A DNA stretch of 64,000 nt, taken from the NCBI GenBank assembly GCA_965197645.1, contig OZ240219.1:1088001-1152000 (forward strand), read 5' to 3'. The position numbers and the translations under genes are program-made. Below, in pieces: positions 26,836 through 36,400 of the stretch; within the stretch, counting starts at the first letter, position 1, and each line of letters opens with the position of its first letter. This DNA is from Dehalococcoidia bacterium. GTDB taxonomy: Bacteria; Chloroflexota; Dehalococcoidia; Plut-88900. The notes under the pieces are model-generated. The model saw only the letters and a list, made by a program, of their open reading frames with translations. It was not told the origin of the DNA and ran no database searches.

Positions 26836-28326
26836 CTAGAACCAGCGAGTTATGACCACTTTCTTTTCGGTGAAGAACTCTATGGCGTCCCGGCCCTGGC
26901 CGTGCAGCGACCCGAAGAAAGACTCTTTCATGCCGCTGAATGGGAAGAAGGCCATGGGGGCGGCTACACCCACGTTTATTCCAACGTTGCCCGCCGTGAC
27001 CTTGTGCTTGAACTCTCGTGCGGCGGCGCCACTGTCGGTAAAGATGCTGGCCGCATTGCCGTACCTATTGGCCTCGATGATATCAATGGCCTCGCTCAGG
27101 TCTTTTACCTTTATCACCGCTGCCACGGGGCCGAAGATTTCCTCGTTGGCTATCACCATGTCGGGTGTCACGTCGTCGAAGACGCAGGGGCCGATGAAGT
27201 TGCCGTTGGGGTACCCCTCGACGGAGACGTCTCTGCCGTCCAGGATGAGGTTGGCGCCCTCCTTGATGCCCTGATCGATGTAGCCCAGCACCTTCTCCTT
27301 GTGCTTGGTGGATATGACGGGTCCCATTTCGACGCTTTCGTCCATGCCGGTGCCCACGGCGATTTTGTCCGCGGCTTTGAGGAGCTTCTCCTTGATGGGG
27401 TCGTAGACGTCGCCCACGGCCAGGAGCACTGAGCCGGCGAGACACCTCTCTCCGGCGCCTCCGTAGAAGGAACCGATCAGGTTGTCCATCGTCTTGTCGA
27501 GATTGGCGTCGGGCATGGCGACCATGAAGTTCTTCGCCCCGCCCTGGCACTGGGCCCGCTTGCCGTTCTCGGTGGCCTTCTGGTACACGTACTTGGCAAC
27601 GCCGCTGGAACCGACGAAGGAGACGCCCTTCACCTCGGGCGCGTCCAACAGGGCGTTCACCACGTCCTTTGCGCCGTTGACGAGGTTGATGACACCCTTG
27701 GGGATGCCTGTCTGCTCAAGCAGCTGGATGGTGAGATTCAGGGTCAAAGGCACCTGTTCCGAGGGTTTTAGAATGAAGGTGTTGCCGCAGGCGATGGCGT
27801 AGGGCAGGAACCACTGGGCCACCATGGCGGGGAAGTTAAAGGGCACGATGCCGGCAAAGACCCCCAGCGGCTGCCGGAGGCAATCTTCGTCGATGCTGCC
27901 TGCGATGCCCTCCAGGTTGTAGCCCATCATCAACGAGGGGATGCCGGTGGCCACCTCGATGTTCTGTATGGCTCTTGTTACCTCGCCCCGGGCCTCCGCT
28001 ATGCACTTGCCGTTCTCCTGGGTGACGATTCGAGCCAGGTCCTCCCGGTTCTCCTCCATCAGGTTCTTGAAAGCGAACAGGTACTGGATGCGATTGGGAG
28101 GCGGCACCTCTCGCCACTCTTGGAAGGCGCTCTGGGCCGCTTCCACGGCCTGTTGTACTTCCTGCTTGGTGGATAGGGGGCACTCTGCGATCGTAGTCCC
28201 GGTCGCCGGGTCTATGACATCGAGGACATCCGCGGAGGTGGAATCGACCCACTCGCCGTTGACGAAGTTCTTCACCCTGCCGTAGTACTCCTTGACCGGA
28301 GATAGAAGGGTCTGCTCTTGAACCAT
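26836..28326 (-). CDS. mmsA: CoA-acylating methylmalonate-semialdehyde dehydrogenase
   Basis: PFNFPAM, KPSEQVP, SFVGS, GGAKNF, GAGERCLA, EEIFGPV, GINVGVAAPMAFFPFSG, FFTEKKVVITRW. Confidence 0.92.
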   Translation of the reverse strand: MVQEQTLLSPVKEYYGRVKNFVNGEWVDSTSADVLDVIDPATGTTIAECPLSTKQEVQQAVEAAQSAFQEWREVPPPNRIQYLFAFKNLMEENREDLARIVTQENGKCIAEARGEVTRAIQNIEVATGIPSLMMGYNLEGIAGSIDEDCLRQPLGVFAGIVPFNFPAMVAQWFLPYAIACGNTFILKPSEQVPLTLNLTIQLLEQTGIPKGVINLVNGAKDVVNALLDAPEVKGVSFVGSSGVAKYVYQKATENGKRAQCQGGAKNFMVAMPDANLDKTMDNLIGSFYGGAGERCLAGSVLLAVGDVYDPIKEKLLKAADKIAVGTGMDESVEMGPVISTKHKEKVLGYIDQGIKEGANLILDGRDVSVEGYPNGNFIGPCVFDDVTPDMVIANEEIFGPVAAVIKVKDLSEAIDIIEANRYGNAASIFTDSGAAAREFKHKVTAGNVGINVGVAAPMAFFPFSGMKESFFGSLHGQGRDAIEFFTEKKVVITRWF

Positions 28327-28420
28327 GAGGTCTCCTCCCAGGCAATATCGATAGGAACTGATTTCGGGGGCCCCACCGGTGGGGACGCAGTGCAAATGTT
28401 AACCGTCGCCCCGCTAGGGG

Positions 28421-29104
28421 TCAAGGCAGCGGCACTTCACCACCGGGACGATAGGCGCTCCAGCCGTCCGCCCGGTATAGAGTAACCCCGCCGGTCCCTG
28501 TAACTCTCCAACGGGACTGGGTTCTCACGCACGCAGTGGCGACATCGATGCCAAGCACACGGAGACCGGTCGATAGGCAATCGTGCAGCTCTTTGTGGAC
28601 TCGTTCAGGATCAGCGGTCTCGTGGTGAGGCAGAACGGCAAGATCGTCCAGCAGGCCCAGGCCGGTTGTCCAGCTTCCACCCGGTACGCGCATGCGGGAG
28701 CCCAGCACCATGGCCCCCGCGCTGGAGCCGGCCAGCGCGCAGCCCCTGGCAAGGGCTTCCTGTACCCCAGACCACAGCAGCGAGCCGCGCAGGACGGACA
28801 ACAAGTGGGACGGCGAGCCACCGGTGAAATATATGACCGAGGCGTCGGATAGAGGTTGGAGCAGGGTGTGATCGTTGGCGTGGCCGGAATCGAGCACCAT
28901 CAGGGCCGATGCCTCGGCGCCTAGGCCACTGAAGTAGTCGACGCCGTGCCTGGCTGCAAGGTCGGGACGTTCCGTAGCTGCGGCCGTGGGCAGCACCAGA
29001 ACCCTGGCGGGCTCCACTGAAGATTCCTCGAGGAGGACTCTGTCCATCTCCTCGCAGCCGGGGCGAAACTCGTCGCCCCCGACCAGGGCAACCGTGCCTG
29101 GCAT
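28421..29104 (-). CDS. peptidase S51 family (cyanophycinase/dipeptidase E-like)
   Basis: LVGGDEF, LPTAA, YFTGG, AGSSAGAM nucleophile motif, LPHH, GID. Confidence 0.85.
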   Translation of the reverse strand: MPGTVALVGGDEFRPGCEEMDRVLLEESSVEPARVLVLPTAAATERPDLAARHGVDYFSGLGAEASALMVLDSGHANDHTLLQPLSDASVIYFTGGSPSHLLSVLRGSLLWSGVQEALARGCALAGSSAGAMVLGSRMRVPGGSWTTGLGLLDDLAVLPHHETADPERVHKELHDCLSTGLRVLGIDVATACVRTQSRWRVTGTGGVTLYRADGWSAYRPGGEVPLP

Positions 29105-30568
29105 CTACGGCGCCATAGCCCCCGCCGGGACGTTTGCCCCGAACAGCAGCGGCGTCGTCTCCTGGATCAGGTCGACTATCGGGCCCGGGTACACCCCGAC
29201 GAATATGACCACGCCTACCAGCGCGGTAAGCAGGGCGGTGGTCAACGGCGGCACCTTGAGGGGAGTGTTGTCTTCGGCGGGGCGCATGTACATCTGCCGG
29301 ACGACCATCAGGTAGTAGTAGAGGGACAGCAGGCTGTTCACGATGGCTATCGCCACCAGCCAAATCAGGCCCTCCCGGGCGGCGGCGGCGAAGAGATAGA
29401 ACTTGATGGTAAATCCGGCGAAGAAGGGAAGCCCGGCCAGGGAAAACAGGGATATGGTCAGGGCCAGGGCCACCAGGGGAGCACGACCGGCCAGGCCGGC
29501 GAAGTCCGCTATCTTTTCCTTCCCGGTGAGGTTGAAGTAGAGGATGATGCACACGAAGGCGGCGAAGGTGGTGGCAGAGTATCCGACGATGTAGAGGACC
29601 ATCGCGTTGGACGCAGTCTCGGATAGCGCGGCGATGCCCAGCAACAGGAACCCGGCCTGACCGATTCCCGAGTAGGCCATCAGCCGCTTGATGTTGCTCT
29701 GGGCGATGGCCACCAGGTTGCCCACGGTCATGGTGAGGGCGGCCAGGGCTGCGATTATGGCCTGCCAGTCATCGATGGCGGGGCCGAATGCGGTGGCGAA
29801 CAGCCGGAGCATGAGAACGAAGCTGGCCCCCTTCGAGGCCACGGAGAGGTAGGCGGTTACCGGGACGGGGGCGCCTTCGTAGACGTCGGGGGCCCACATG
29901 TGGAAGGGAACGGCCACGATCTTGAACCCGAACCCCACCACCAGCAGAACGAGGCCGGCGAGGAACGCGGGTCGGAGGTCGGCGCCGGCGTTCAGGGCTT
30001 CGGCGATTCCCGAAAAGGTGGTGGTGCCCACCGAGCCGTATATCAGGCTGATGCCGTACAGAAGCAACCCCGACGAAAACGCGCCGATCAGGATGTACTT
30101 GATACCGGCCTCGTTGGACCTGGCGTCCCACTTCAAGTAGGCCGTCATCACGTACAGGCTGAAGCTGAGGAGCTCCAGGGCGATGTAAGCGGTCAACAGC
30201 TCGCCGGCCGAGGTCATTAGCATCATCGCCAGGACGGACAGGATGACGATGCCGTAGAACTCGCCGGGATGGGCCAGACGACTGGTCACGAAATCCTTTG
30301 AAGCCAGCAGCATGACGATTCCCACTATGGGGAAGAAGACCTTGAAGAAGATGGCGTACTGGTCTACCTGGAGAACTCCGTTATAGAGCGTCCCTTCGTT
30401 GCCCGGGAGGGTGAAAGCGGACCCCAGAACGGCTATCAGTCCCGCCACGCCGAGGTAGGCCAGGTAGTCCTTCTTCCCGTCGGGAAGCACCAGGTCCACC
30501 GCCAGGACCAAGAACGCAACACCGGCGATGAGGAACTCGGGGACTAGCAGCGCCCAATCTATGTTCAT
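29105..30568 (-). CDS. nuoN: NADH-quinone oxidoreductase subunit N
   Basis: SNEAGIKY, FKIVAVPFHMWAPDVYEGAP, NIKRLMAYS, SLAGLP. Confidence 0.95.
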   Translation of the reverse strand: MNIDWALLVPEFLIAGVAFLVLAVDLVLPDGKKDYLAYLGVAGLIAVLGSAFTLPGNEGTLYNGVLQVDQYAIFFKVFFPIVGIVMLLASKDFVTSRLAHPGEFYGIVILSVLAMMLMTSAGELLTAYIALELLSFSLYVMTAYLKWDARSNEAGIKYILIGAFSSGLLLYGISLIYGSVGTTTFSGIAEALNAGADLRPAFLAGLVLLVVGFGFKIVAVPFHMWAPDVYEGAPVPVTAYLSVASKGASFVLMLRLFATAFGPAIDDWQAIIAALAALTMTVGNLVAIAQSNIKRLMAYSGIGQAGFLLLGIAALSETASNAMVLYIVGYSATTFAAFVCIILYFNLTGKEKIADFAGLAGRAPLVALALTISLFSLAGLPFFAGFTIKFYLFAAAAREGLIWLVAIAIVNSLLSLYYYLMVVRQMYMRPAEDNTPLKVPPLTTALLTALVGVVIFVGVYPGPIVDLIQETTPLLFGANVPAGAMAP

Positions 30569-32037
30569 GACACTAAAGCTATCCTATCGAGCAGCGGTGT
30601 GACGCTGCCATCGATCATGCGCGTAAACGGCTGGGGATACACTCCTCCGAAGATGAGCACCGCGGCCAGAGCGCCTGTCGCCAGCTTCTCCATTCCAGAG
30701 CAGTCGGTCAGGTCCTTCCATCGCTCATCTAGGGGCCCGAAGAACACCTTGGACAGCAGTCGCAGGATGTAGACCGCCGTGGCCAGGGCGCCGATGATAC
30801 CCAGCACCCCGATGACCGGATAGGTCTTGAATGCACCCACGAATACCAAAAACTCGGCGATGAAGCCGCTCAGGCCGGGCAGGCCCAGTGAAGCCAAACC
30901 GGCTACGGCGAAGAACGCTGCCGTTACGCCCATCCGCTTCGACAAACCCTGGAAGACCGAGATGTCCCTGGTATGTGCCCGGTCGTAGACCACGCCTACC
31001 AGGGCGAAGAAGAGGGCGGTCATGATGCCGTGGGAGAACATCTGGTAGACGGCGCCGGTCAGGCCGCGCTCGTCCAGGGTGCCGATGCCCATGAGCACGT
31101 AGCCCATGTGACTCACGCTGGAGTATCCGATGACGAACTTCAGGTCTCTCTGGGCCATGGCGGAGAAGGCGCCGTAGAGCACGTTCACGGTGGCGAAGCT
31201 GATCAGTATCAGCTTCCAGTCGTCGGCGCCCTCGGGAAGCAGGTCCAGCCCTACCCTCATGATGCCGTAGGCGCCCAGCTTCATCAGCACGCCGGCGTGG
31301 AGCATGCTGACCGATGTCGGGGCGGCCACGTGCCCGTCGGGGGACCAGGTATGGAAAGGCCAGAGGCCGGCCAACACGCCGAACCCGATGGTCAAGATGG
31401 GGAATATGGCCTGCTGGAAACCGGTATCGAACCCGGCCTCCTGCAGGTCCAGGATGTTGAAGGTGTTCAATCCCGACTCGACGTATATGGCAATCAGCGC
31501 TATCCACACCAGGACGCTGCTGGCCACCAGGTAGAGCACCAGCTTCAACGCCCCGTACTCTTTTCGGGTGCTGCCCCAGACGCCTATGAGGAGGTACATC
31601 GGGACCACAGCCAGCTCGTAGAAGAAGAAGAGGAAGAAGAGGTCCAGGGAGAGGAATACGCCGTATACGCCGGTCACGAGGGTCATGAAGAGGATGAAGA
31701 AGTCCTTGGTCCGGGGAGCAGTGTTCCAAGCCATGAACACGCCGGTAATCATCACGATGCCGGTGAGCAGCACCATCGGCGCCGAGATGCCGTCGACACC
31801 CAGGTGGAAGGTGATGCCCAGGTCGGGGAGCCACTCGTAGCGTTCCGTCTGGAACTGGAACCCCTCGCCGCCAACCTCGTAGGCGACGAAGACGTAGATG
31901 GAGAGGGCGAGAGTGACCGTGGCAATGGCGGCGGCGGCCAGCTTTATCAGCTCCCGCCGGCTCTCGGGCAGCAGGAGCGTTATCACCACGCCGAGGGCGG
32001 GCAGGAACATGAGGATTATGAGTATGTACTCGTCCAG
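30565..32037 (-). CDS. nuoM: NADH-quinone oxidoreductase subunit M (probable CTG start at 32037)
   Basis: GVDGIS, FFYELAVVPMY, PFHTWSPDGH, KLGAYG, YSSVSHMG, GLPGLSGFIAEF. AGGAG lies 6 nt before an in-frame CTG. Confidence 0.93.
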   Translation of the reverse strand: MDEYILIILMFLPALGVVITLLLPESRRELIKLAAAAIATVTLALSIYVFVAYEVGGEGFQFQTERYEWLPDLGITFHLGVDGISAPMVLLTGIVMITGVFMAWNTAPRTKDFFILFMTLVTGVYGVFLSLDLFFLFFFYELAVVPMYLLIGVWGSTRKEYGALKLVLYLVASSVLVWIALIAIYVESGLNTFNILDLQEAGFDTGFQQAIFPILTIGFGVLAGLWPFHTWSPDGHVAAPTSVSMLHAGVLMKLGAYGIMRVGLDLLPEGADDWKLILISFATVNVLYGAFSAMAQRDLKFVIGYSSVSHMGYVLMGIGTLDERGLTGAVYQMFSHGIMTALFFALVGVVYDRAHTRDISVFQGLSKRMGVTAAFFAVAGLASLGLPGLSGFIAEFLVFVGAFKTYPVIGVLGIIGALATAVYILRLLSKVFFGPLDERWKDLTDCSGMEKLATGALAAVLIFGGVYPQPFTRMIDGSVTPLLDRIALVS

Positions 32038-32064
32038 TTCAGGCTCCTGTTAGCTGTCTTGCAG

Positions 32065-33984
32065 TCAGTCTGCCAGGGTAACGGCAAGTATGAATATCAG
32101 AGAACCGAATACGATAGCCAGGGCGTAGTTGGCGAACTGGCCCGTCTCATGGTACTTGAGCACGTTGCCCGTCTCCCGGACTATGCTCCCCGTGCCGTCG
32201 ACGCCGGCATCGTTGACCACGCGCCGGTCGAATATCCCCACGACGTTGGAAAAGGCGAGGAGCACCCTGTCCGTGAGGCCCTGGTACAGGTCGTCCAGAT
32301 AGTACTTGTTGGCCAGCAGCTTATGGACCGGAGCAAATCGCCGGGTTACTGATTCGGAGGTGACGAGGCCTCTCCGATAGACGGCCCAGGCTATGCCTAT
32401 CCCGACCAGAGCGACTATGGTAGAGCTGGCCGCCAGGCCGAAGTGGGAGTGGAACCGGTCCGACTCAATGGCGAGGTAGCTGGCGAAACCGGTGTAGGGC
32501 TCGGGGAGACGGAGGACGTTGTCGAGCCAGTCAGGGGCGGTGAAGCCGAACACCAGGGTTAGAGCGCCGAGGCCCAGCATCGGCACGGCCATCGTCCAGG
32601 GCGATTCGTGAGCAGCGGCATTCTCAGATTTGAGCTCTCCGAAGAAGACCAGGAAGCAGAGCCGGGCCATGTACAACGCGCTCAGGAGGACGGCCGCCAG
32701 GGCAATGACGGTAACGATGGGGTTCTGATCGTTCCATACGGCCTGGAGGACCTCGTCTTTGCTCCAGAAGCCGCTCAACGGGGGCAGCCCGGCGAGGGCC
32801 AGAGAGGCGATGATGAACAGTAGGGCGGTGATGGGCAGCCGTCTCCACAGGCCTCCCAGCTTTCGTATATCTACGTCGTAGTGTTCACCGATGGCGTGAA
32901 GGACGCTGCCGGCGCCGAGGAAGAGGAGGGCCTTGAAAAAGCCGTGGGTAACCAGGTGGAATATCCCTGCCGAGAGCCCCCCCGCCCCCAGGGCCATCAT
33001 CATGAACCCCAGCTGGCTAACGGTGGAATAGGCGAGCACCCGTTTGAGATCGGTCATCACCAGTGCCATGGAACCGGCCACGAATGTGGTGATGATACCG
33101 ATTATCAGGACCACCTCCAAAGCTCCGGGCGCCGCCTCGAACAGGGGGAACATCCGGGCTACCAGGTACACCCCGGCGGCCACCATGGTAGCGGCGTGAA
33201 TCAGGGCGCTGACCGGCGTGGGGCCCTCCATGGCGTCGGGGAGCCAGACGTGGAACGGGAACTGGGCCGACTTGCCCGCAGCGCCGAGGAACATCAGCAG
33301 GGCCACCAGAGTCAACGTCCCATCGCCCACCTGCCCCGCTGCTATCGCCTCGAATATGGTGGAGATGTCGAAGGTGTTGGGCTCCACCGATTTGAACAGG
33401 ATGAGGATACCGATGAGCAGGCCCACATCGCCCAGTCTGGTGGTAATGAAGGCCTTCTTGGCCGCCTCGGCTGCGGAGCGCCGCTCGTACCAGAAGCCGA
33501 TGAGCAGGTAGGAGCAGATGCCGACAAGCTCCCAGGCAACGTAGAGCAACAGCAGGTTGTCGGCGAGGACCAACCCCATCATCGAGGCGACGAAGAGGGA
33601 CTGGACGGCGAAGTACCAGCCAAACCGGGAATCGCCGCGCATGTATCCCAGCGAGTACACCTGCACCGCCAGGGAGACGAAGGTGACCAGGCCCAGCATG
33701 AGCACCGATAGGGGATCGATGATCATACCTATTCTGAGGTTGGTAAGCCCGACGTCGAACCAGGTCTTGCTGAAGAATCCGGGTCCGTAGACCATCAGGT
33801 CCCGCAGCACGAACCAGAAGAGCACGAAACCGAAGCCGATGGCCGCCACGGACAACAGAGAGCCCCTTCCCGGAAGGTACCTGTTGAAGAGGCTCAGCAC
33901 GGCGAAGGCGCCCAGACACACAATCGGAGCGAGCCAAGCCCACTCCGCGCCTAGGGTCCCCTGGGATAGTAGGGGCGAGGGCAT
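32065..33984 (-). CDS. nuoL: NADH-quinone oxidoreductase subunit L
   Basis: WELVGICSYLLIGFW, GKSAQFPFHVWLPDAMEGPTPVSALIHAATMV, HGFFKALLFL. Confidence 0.96.
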   Translation of the reverse strand: MPSPLLSQGTLGAEWAWLAPIVCLGAFAVLSLFNRYLPGRGSLLSVAAIGFGFVLFWFVLRDLMVYGPGFFSKTWFDVGLTNLRIGMIIDPLSVLMLGLVTFVSLAVQVYSLGYMRGDSRFGWYFAVQSLFVASMMGLVLADNLLLLYVAWELVGICSYLLIGFWYERRSAAEAAKKAFITTRLGDVGLLIGILILFKSVEPNTFDISTIFEAIAAGQVGDGTLTLVALLMFLGAAGKSAQFPFHVWLPDAMEGPTPVSALIHAATMVAAGVYLVARMFPLFEAAPGALEVVLIIGIITTFVAGSMALVMTDLKRVLAYSTVSQLGFMMMALGAGGLSAGIFHLVTHGFFKALLFLGAGSVLHAIGEHYDVDIRKLGGLWRRLPITALLFIIASLALAGLPPLSGFWSKDEVLQAVWNDQNPIVTVIALAAVLLSALYMARLCFLVFFGELKSENAAAHESPWTMAVPMLGLGALTLVFGFTAPDWLDNVLRLPEPYTGFASYLAIESDRFHSHFGLAASSTIVALVGIGIAWAVYRRGLVTSESVTRRFAPVHKLLANKYYLDDLYQGLTDRVLLAFSNVVGIFDRRVVNDAGVDGTGSIVRETGNVLKYHETGQFANYALAIVFGSLIFILAVTLAD

Positions 33985-33997
33985 ATGGGCTACCTCT

Positions 33998-34318
33998 CTA
34001 CCATTTCATCAGATTGACCTCATCCACGTTCACCGACGCTCGGTTTCGATACAGTCGTAGGATGATGGCCAGTGCGAGACCCACCTCTGCCGCGGCTACA
34101 GTGATGACGAACAGGGCGATTATCATGCCCAGGTGCTGCTCTATACCGCCCTGGGAGTTCAGATAGAGGGAGAAGGCGATCAGGTTGATGTTCACGGCCT
34201 GCAGCATCAGCTCTATGGACATGAGGATGAGGACGGCGTTTCTGCGGGCCAGCACGCCGTATACCCCGATACTGAAGATCGCAGCACTCAGTATGAGGTA
34301 GTACTCTATGTCTATCAT
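33998..34318 (-). CDS. nuoK: NADH-quinone oxidoreductase subunit K
   Basis: RRNAVLILMSIELML, VAAAEVGLALAI. ATGA overlap with nuoJ. Confidence 0.95.
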   Translation of the reverse strand: MIDIEYYLILSAAIFSIGVYGVLARRNAVLILMSIELMLQAVNINLIAFSLYLNSQGGIEQHLGMIIALFVITVAAAEVGLALAIILRLYRNRASVNVDEVNLMKW

Positions 34319-34812
34319 TCTTCCCTGCCCGGTCGGGAGATTACGATAGCGCCGATGAGGGCCACCAGAAGCACGAGGGAGGCCACCTCGAAGGGCACGG
34401 CCCACTGCCGAAAGAGGGTATCCGCAAGCCCGGTGAAGCTGACCCGTTCCGGGTCGTCCCTTGTGCCCGGCCAGTCGCTGACCAGCAGAACGACGGTCAG
34501 CACGGCGAAGATAGCCCCCGCAGCCACCAGTGCCAACGGCTTCTGCGAGTTATCCAGGCTGAAGGGCATCTCCTGGGACCTGGTCAACATCAGTGCAAAC
34601 AGCAGAATAATGGTAATAGCGCCGCCGTATATCAGCACCTGAACGATGGCCAGGAACTCGGCCAGGAGAAGGACGAAGATGCCGGCTACGGCCAGAAGGG
34701 CCAGGATGAGGAACAGGGCGCTGTGCACTACGTTTCGGGAGGCGACCGTGCCCACTGATCCGATTAGCATCAACCCTCCCAGGATGAAGAAGAAGATCAG
34801 GACCACCGACAC
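34315..34812 (-). CDS. nuoJ: NADH-quinone oxidoreductase subunit J
   Basis: NVVHSALFL, AEFLAIVQVLIYGGAI, PFEVASLVLLVALIGA. GTG overlaps the nuoI stop. Confidence 0.94.
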   Translation of the reverse strand: MSVVLIFFFILGGLMLIGSVGTVASRNVVHSALFLILALLAVAGIFVLLLAEFLAIVQVLIYGGAITIILLFALMLTRSQEMPFSLDNSQKPLALVAAGAIFAVLTVVLLVSDWPGTRDDPERVSFTGLADTLFRQWAVPFEVASLVLLVALIGAIVISRPGREE

Positions 34813-35312
34813 TAGGTCTCTTCTCCCTGCTCCGGAGACTCTTCGGCGTTGACGGCGGCGCCCACCGGCCCCATCTTCTCCTCGTAGCGGCGACCCATCT
34901 CGTGAAGGGCGTCCGCATCGACCCACAGGCCGCGACGAGTCTGGTCGCCGATCTCGTGCTCGTGGGTCATGACGATGGCATCGAAGTTACAGACCTCCAC
35001 GCAGATGCCGCAGATGATGCACCGGGAGATGTCCAGTAGAAAGGCGTCGTACATCTTCTTGCGTTTGCTGGTTCCGTCCTGGTACTTTTCGTTGTCCTTC
35101 ATGGTGACGTAGATGCAGTCGGTAGGACAGTAGCGGGCACAGACCTGGCACCCGACGCATTTCGATTCGTCGATTACGTCGTCCCAGAGCAGGCCCGGCG
35201 GGCCCATGAATCGGGGAGCCAGGGGAAGGTGTGTGTCGGGGTACTGGACCGTGACCGGAGACCGGAGCATGGTCCTGAGAGTAGTGGTCAGGCCCTTGAG
35301 TATTCCCTTCAT
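34812..35312 (-). CDS. nuoI: NADH-quinone oxidoreductase subunit I (2x[4Fe-4S])
   Basis: CVGCQVCARYCP and CIICGICVEVC. Confidence 0.95.
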   Translation of the reverse strand: MKGILKGLTTTLRTMLRSPVTVQYPDTHLPLAPRFMGPPGLLWDDVIDESKCVGCQVCARYCPTDCIYVTMKDNEKYQDGTSKRKKMYDAFLLDISRCIICGICVEVCNFDAIVMTHEHEIGDQTRRGLWVDADALHEMGRRYEEKMGPVGAAVNAEESPEQGEET

Positions 35313-36400
35313 GCCGCCATCTGCTCCTTGCGAAGTCTAACCATCTCCGTCCTCTTAGCCGCCAACCATTTCTTGCGCAGCCATATTATATAGCTGCCCC
35401 CGACGATCATGCCTAAGGACATGAGGAGCATGGTCCATGAGGGCCAGCCGTAGAACTCGTAGATGCCGGTTACCAGTATGTTGAGGAAGGTCAGTGGAAT
35501 GAGGAACTTCCAGCAGAAGCTCATGAGCTGGTCTATTCGCAGCCTGGGGAGAGTTGCCCGCATCCAAAATATGACGAAGATCACTCCGATTACCTTTATG
35601 GCGAACCAGACCACCGCAGGCAGGAGGGGTCCGCTCCACCCGCCCAGGAACAGGATGGTGGTCAGGGCGGCGATGGCGAAGGTGTTGGCGTACTCGGCGA
35701 GGAAGAACATGGCCCAGTGGATGCCGCTGTACTCGACGAAGGGCCCGCCCACGACCTCCGATTCGGCCGTGGGGATATCGAAGGGGGTCCTTCCCAGCTC
35801 GGCGAGACCGGCGATCAGGAAGACCACAAAGCCCAGCGGCTGCAGGTAGATGAAGGGATAGTCGCCCTGGCCCTCCACGATCTGCCGCATGTCCAGGGTG
35901 CCGGTGGTCATCACGATGGCCAGGGCTATCAGGATGATGGGTATCTCGTAGCTGATGAGCTGGGCCGCAGCCCGGGCGGCTCCGAGGAGGGCGTACTTGT
36001 TGTTGGAGCCCCACCCGGCCATGACCATCCCCACGATCGATACCACCGATACGGCGATGATGTAGAAGATGCCGAACTCCATGTTCCTTACGACCAGGTC
36101 CTTGGTGAAGGGGATGGTGATCCAGATGGCGAAGGCAGGCACGAAGACTACCAGGGGCGCCACCCAGAACACGATGCGGTCTTTGACCGATGGCACAACG
36201 TCCTCTTTCACCATCAGCTTGATGGCGTCGGCTATCGGTTGGAAGGTACCGTGAAAGCCGGTCCTCATCGGCCCCATGCGCCTCTGAATGCGACCCAGGG
36301 CCTTCCTCTCCAGGTAGGTCAGGGCCAGCACCACCACGCTAATCAGCAGGATCAGAATGCCGACTTTGAGAACGGTAAGGCCTACGTCCACCCAGCTCAT
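35309..36400 (-). CDS. nuoH: NADH-quinone oxidoreductase subunit H
   Basis: ERKALGRIQRRMGP, QPIADAIKL, SNNKYALLG, RTPFDIPTAESE, EYSG. Confidence 0.96.
   Translation of the reverse strand: MSWVDVGLTVLKVGILILLISVVVLALTYLERKALGRIQRRMGPMRTGFHGTFQPIADAIKLMVKEDVVPSVKDRIVFWVAPLVVFVPAFAIWITIPFTKDLVVRNMEFGIFYIIAVSVVSIVGMVMAGWGSNNKYALLGAARAAAQLISYEIPIILIALAIVMTTGTLDMRQIVEGQGDYPFIYLQPLGFVVFLIAGLAELGRTPFDIPTAESEVVGGPFVEYSGIHWAMFFLAEYANTFAIAALTTILFLGGWSGPLLPAVVWFAIKVIGVIFVIFWMRATLPRLRIDQLMSFCWKFLIPLTFLNILVTGIYEFYGWPSWTMLLMSLGMIVGGSYIIWLRKKWLAAKRTEMVRLRKEQMAA

Noticed and set aside
30973-32352. 459-aa plus-strand ORF, and similar long ORFs antisense to nuoD, rpoB/C, soxA, mgsC, pyrD and the ACADs
   Set aside because: Shadow ORFs opposite well-conserved genes. 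High GC3 codon usage suppresses antisense stops, and they show no motifs or RBS.
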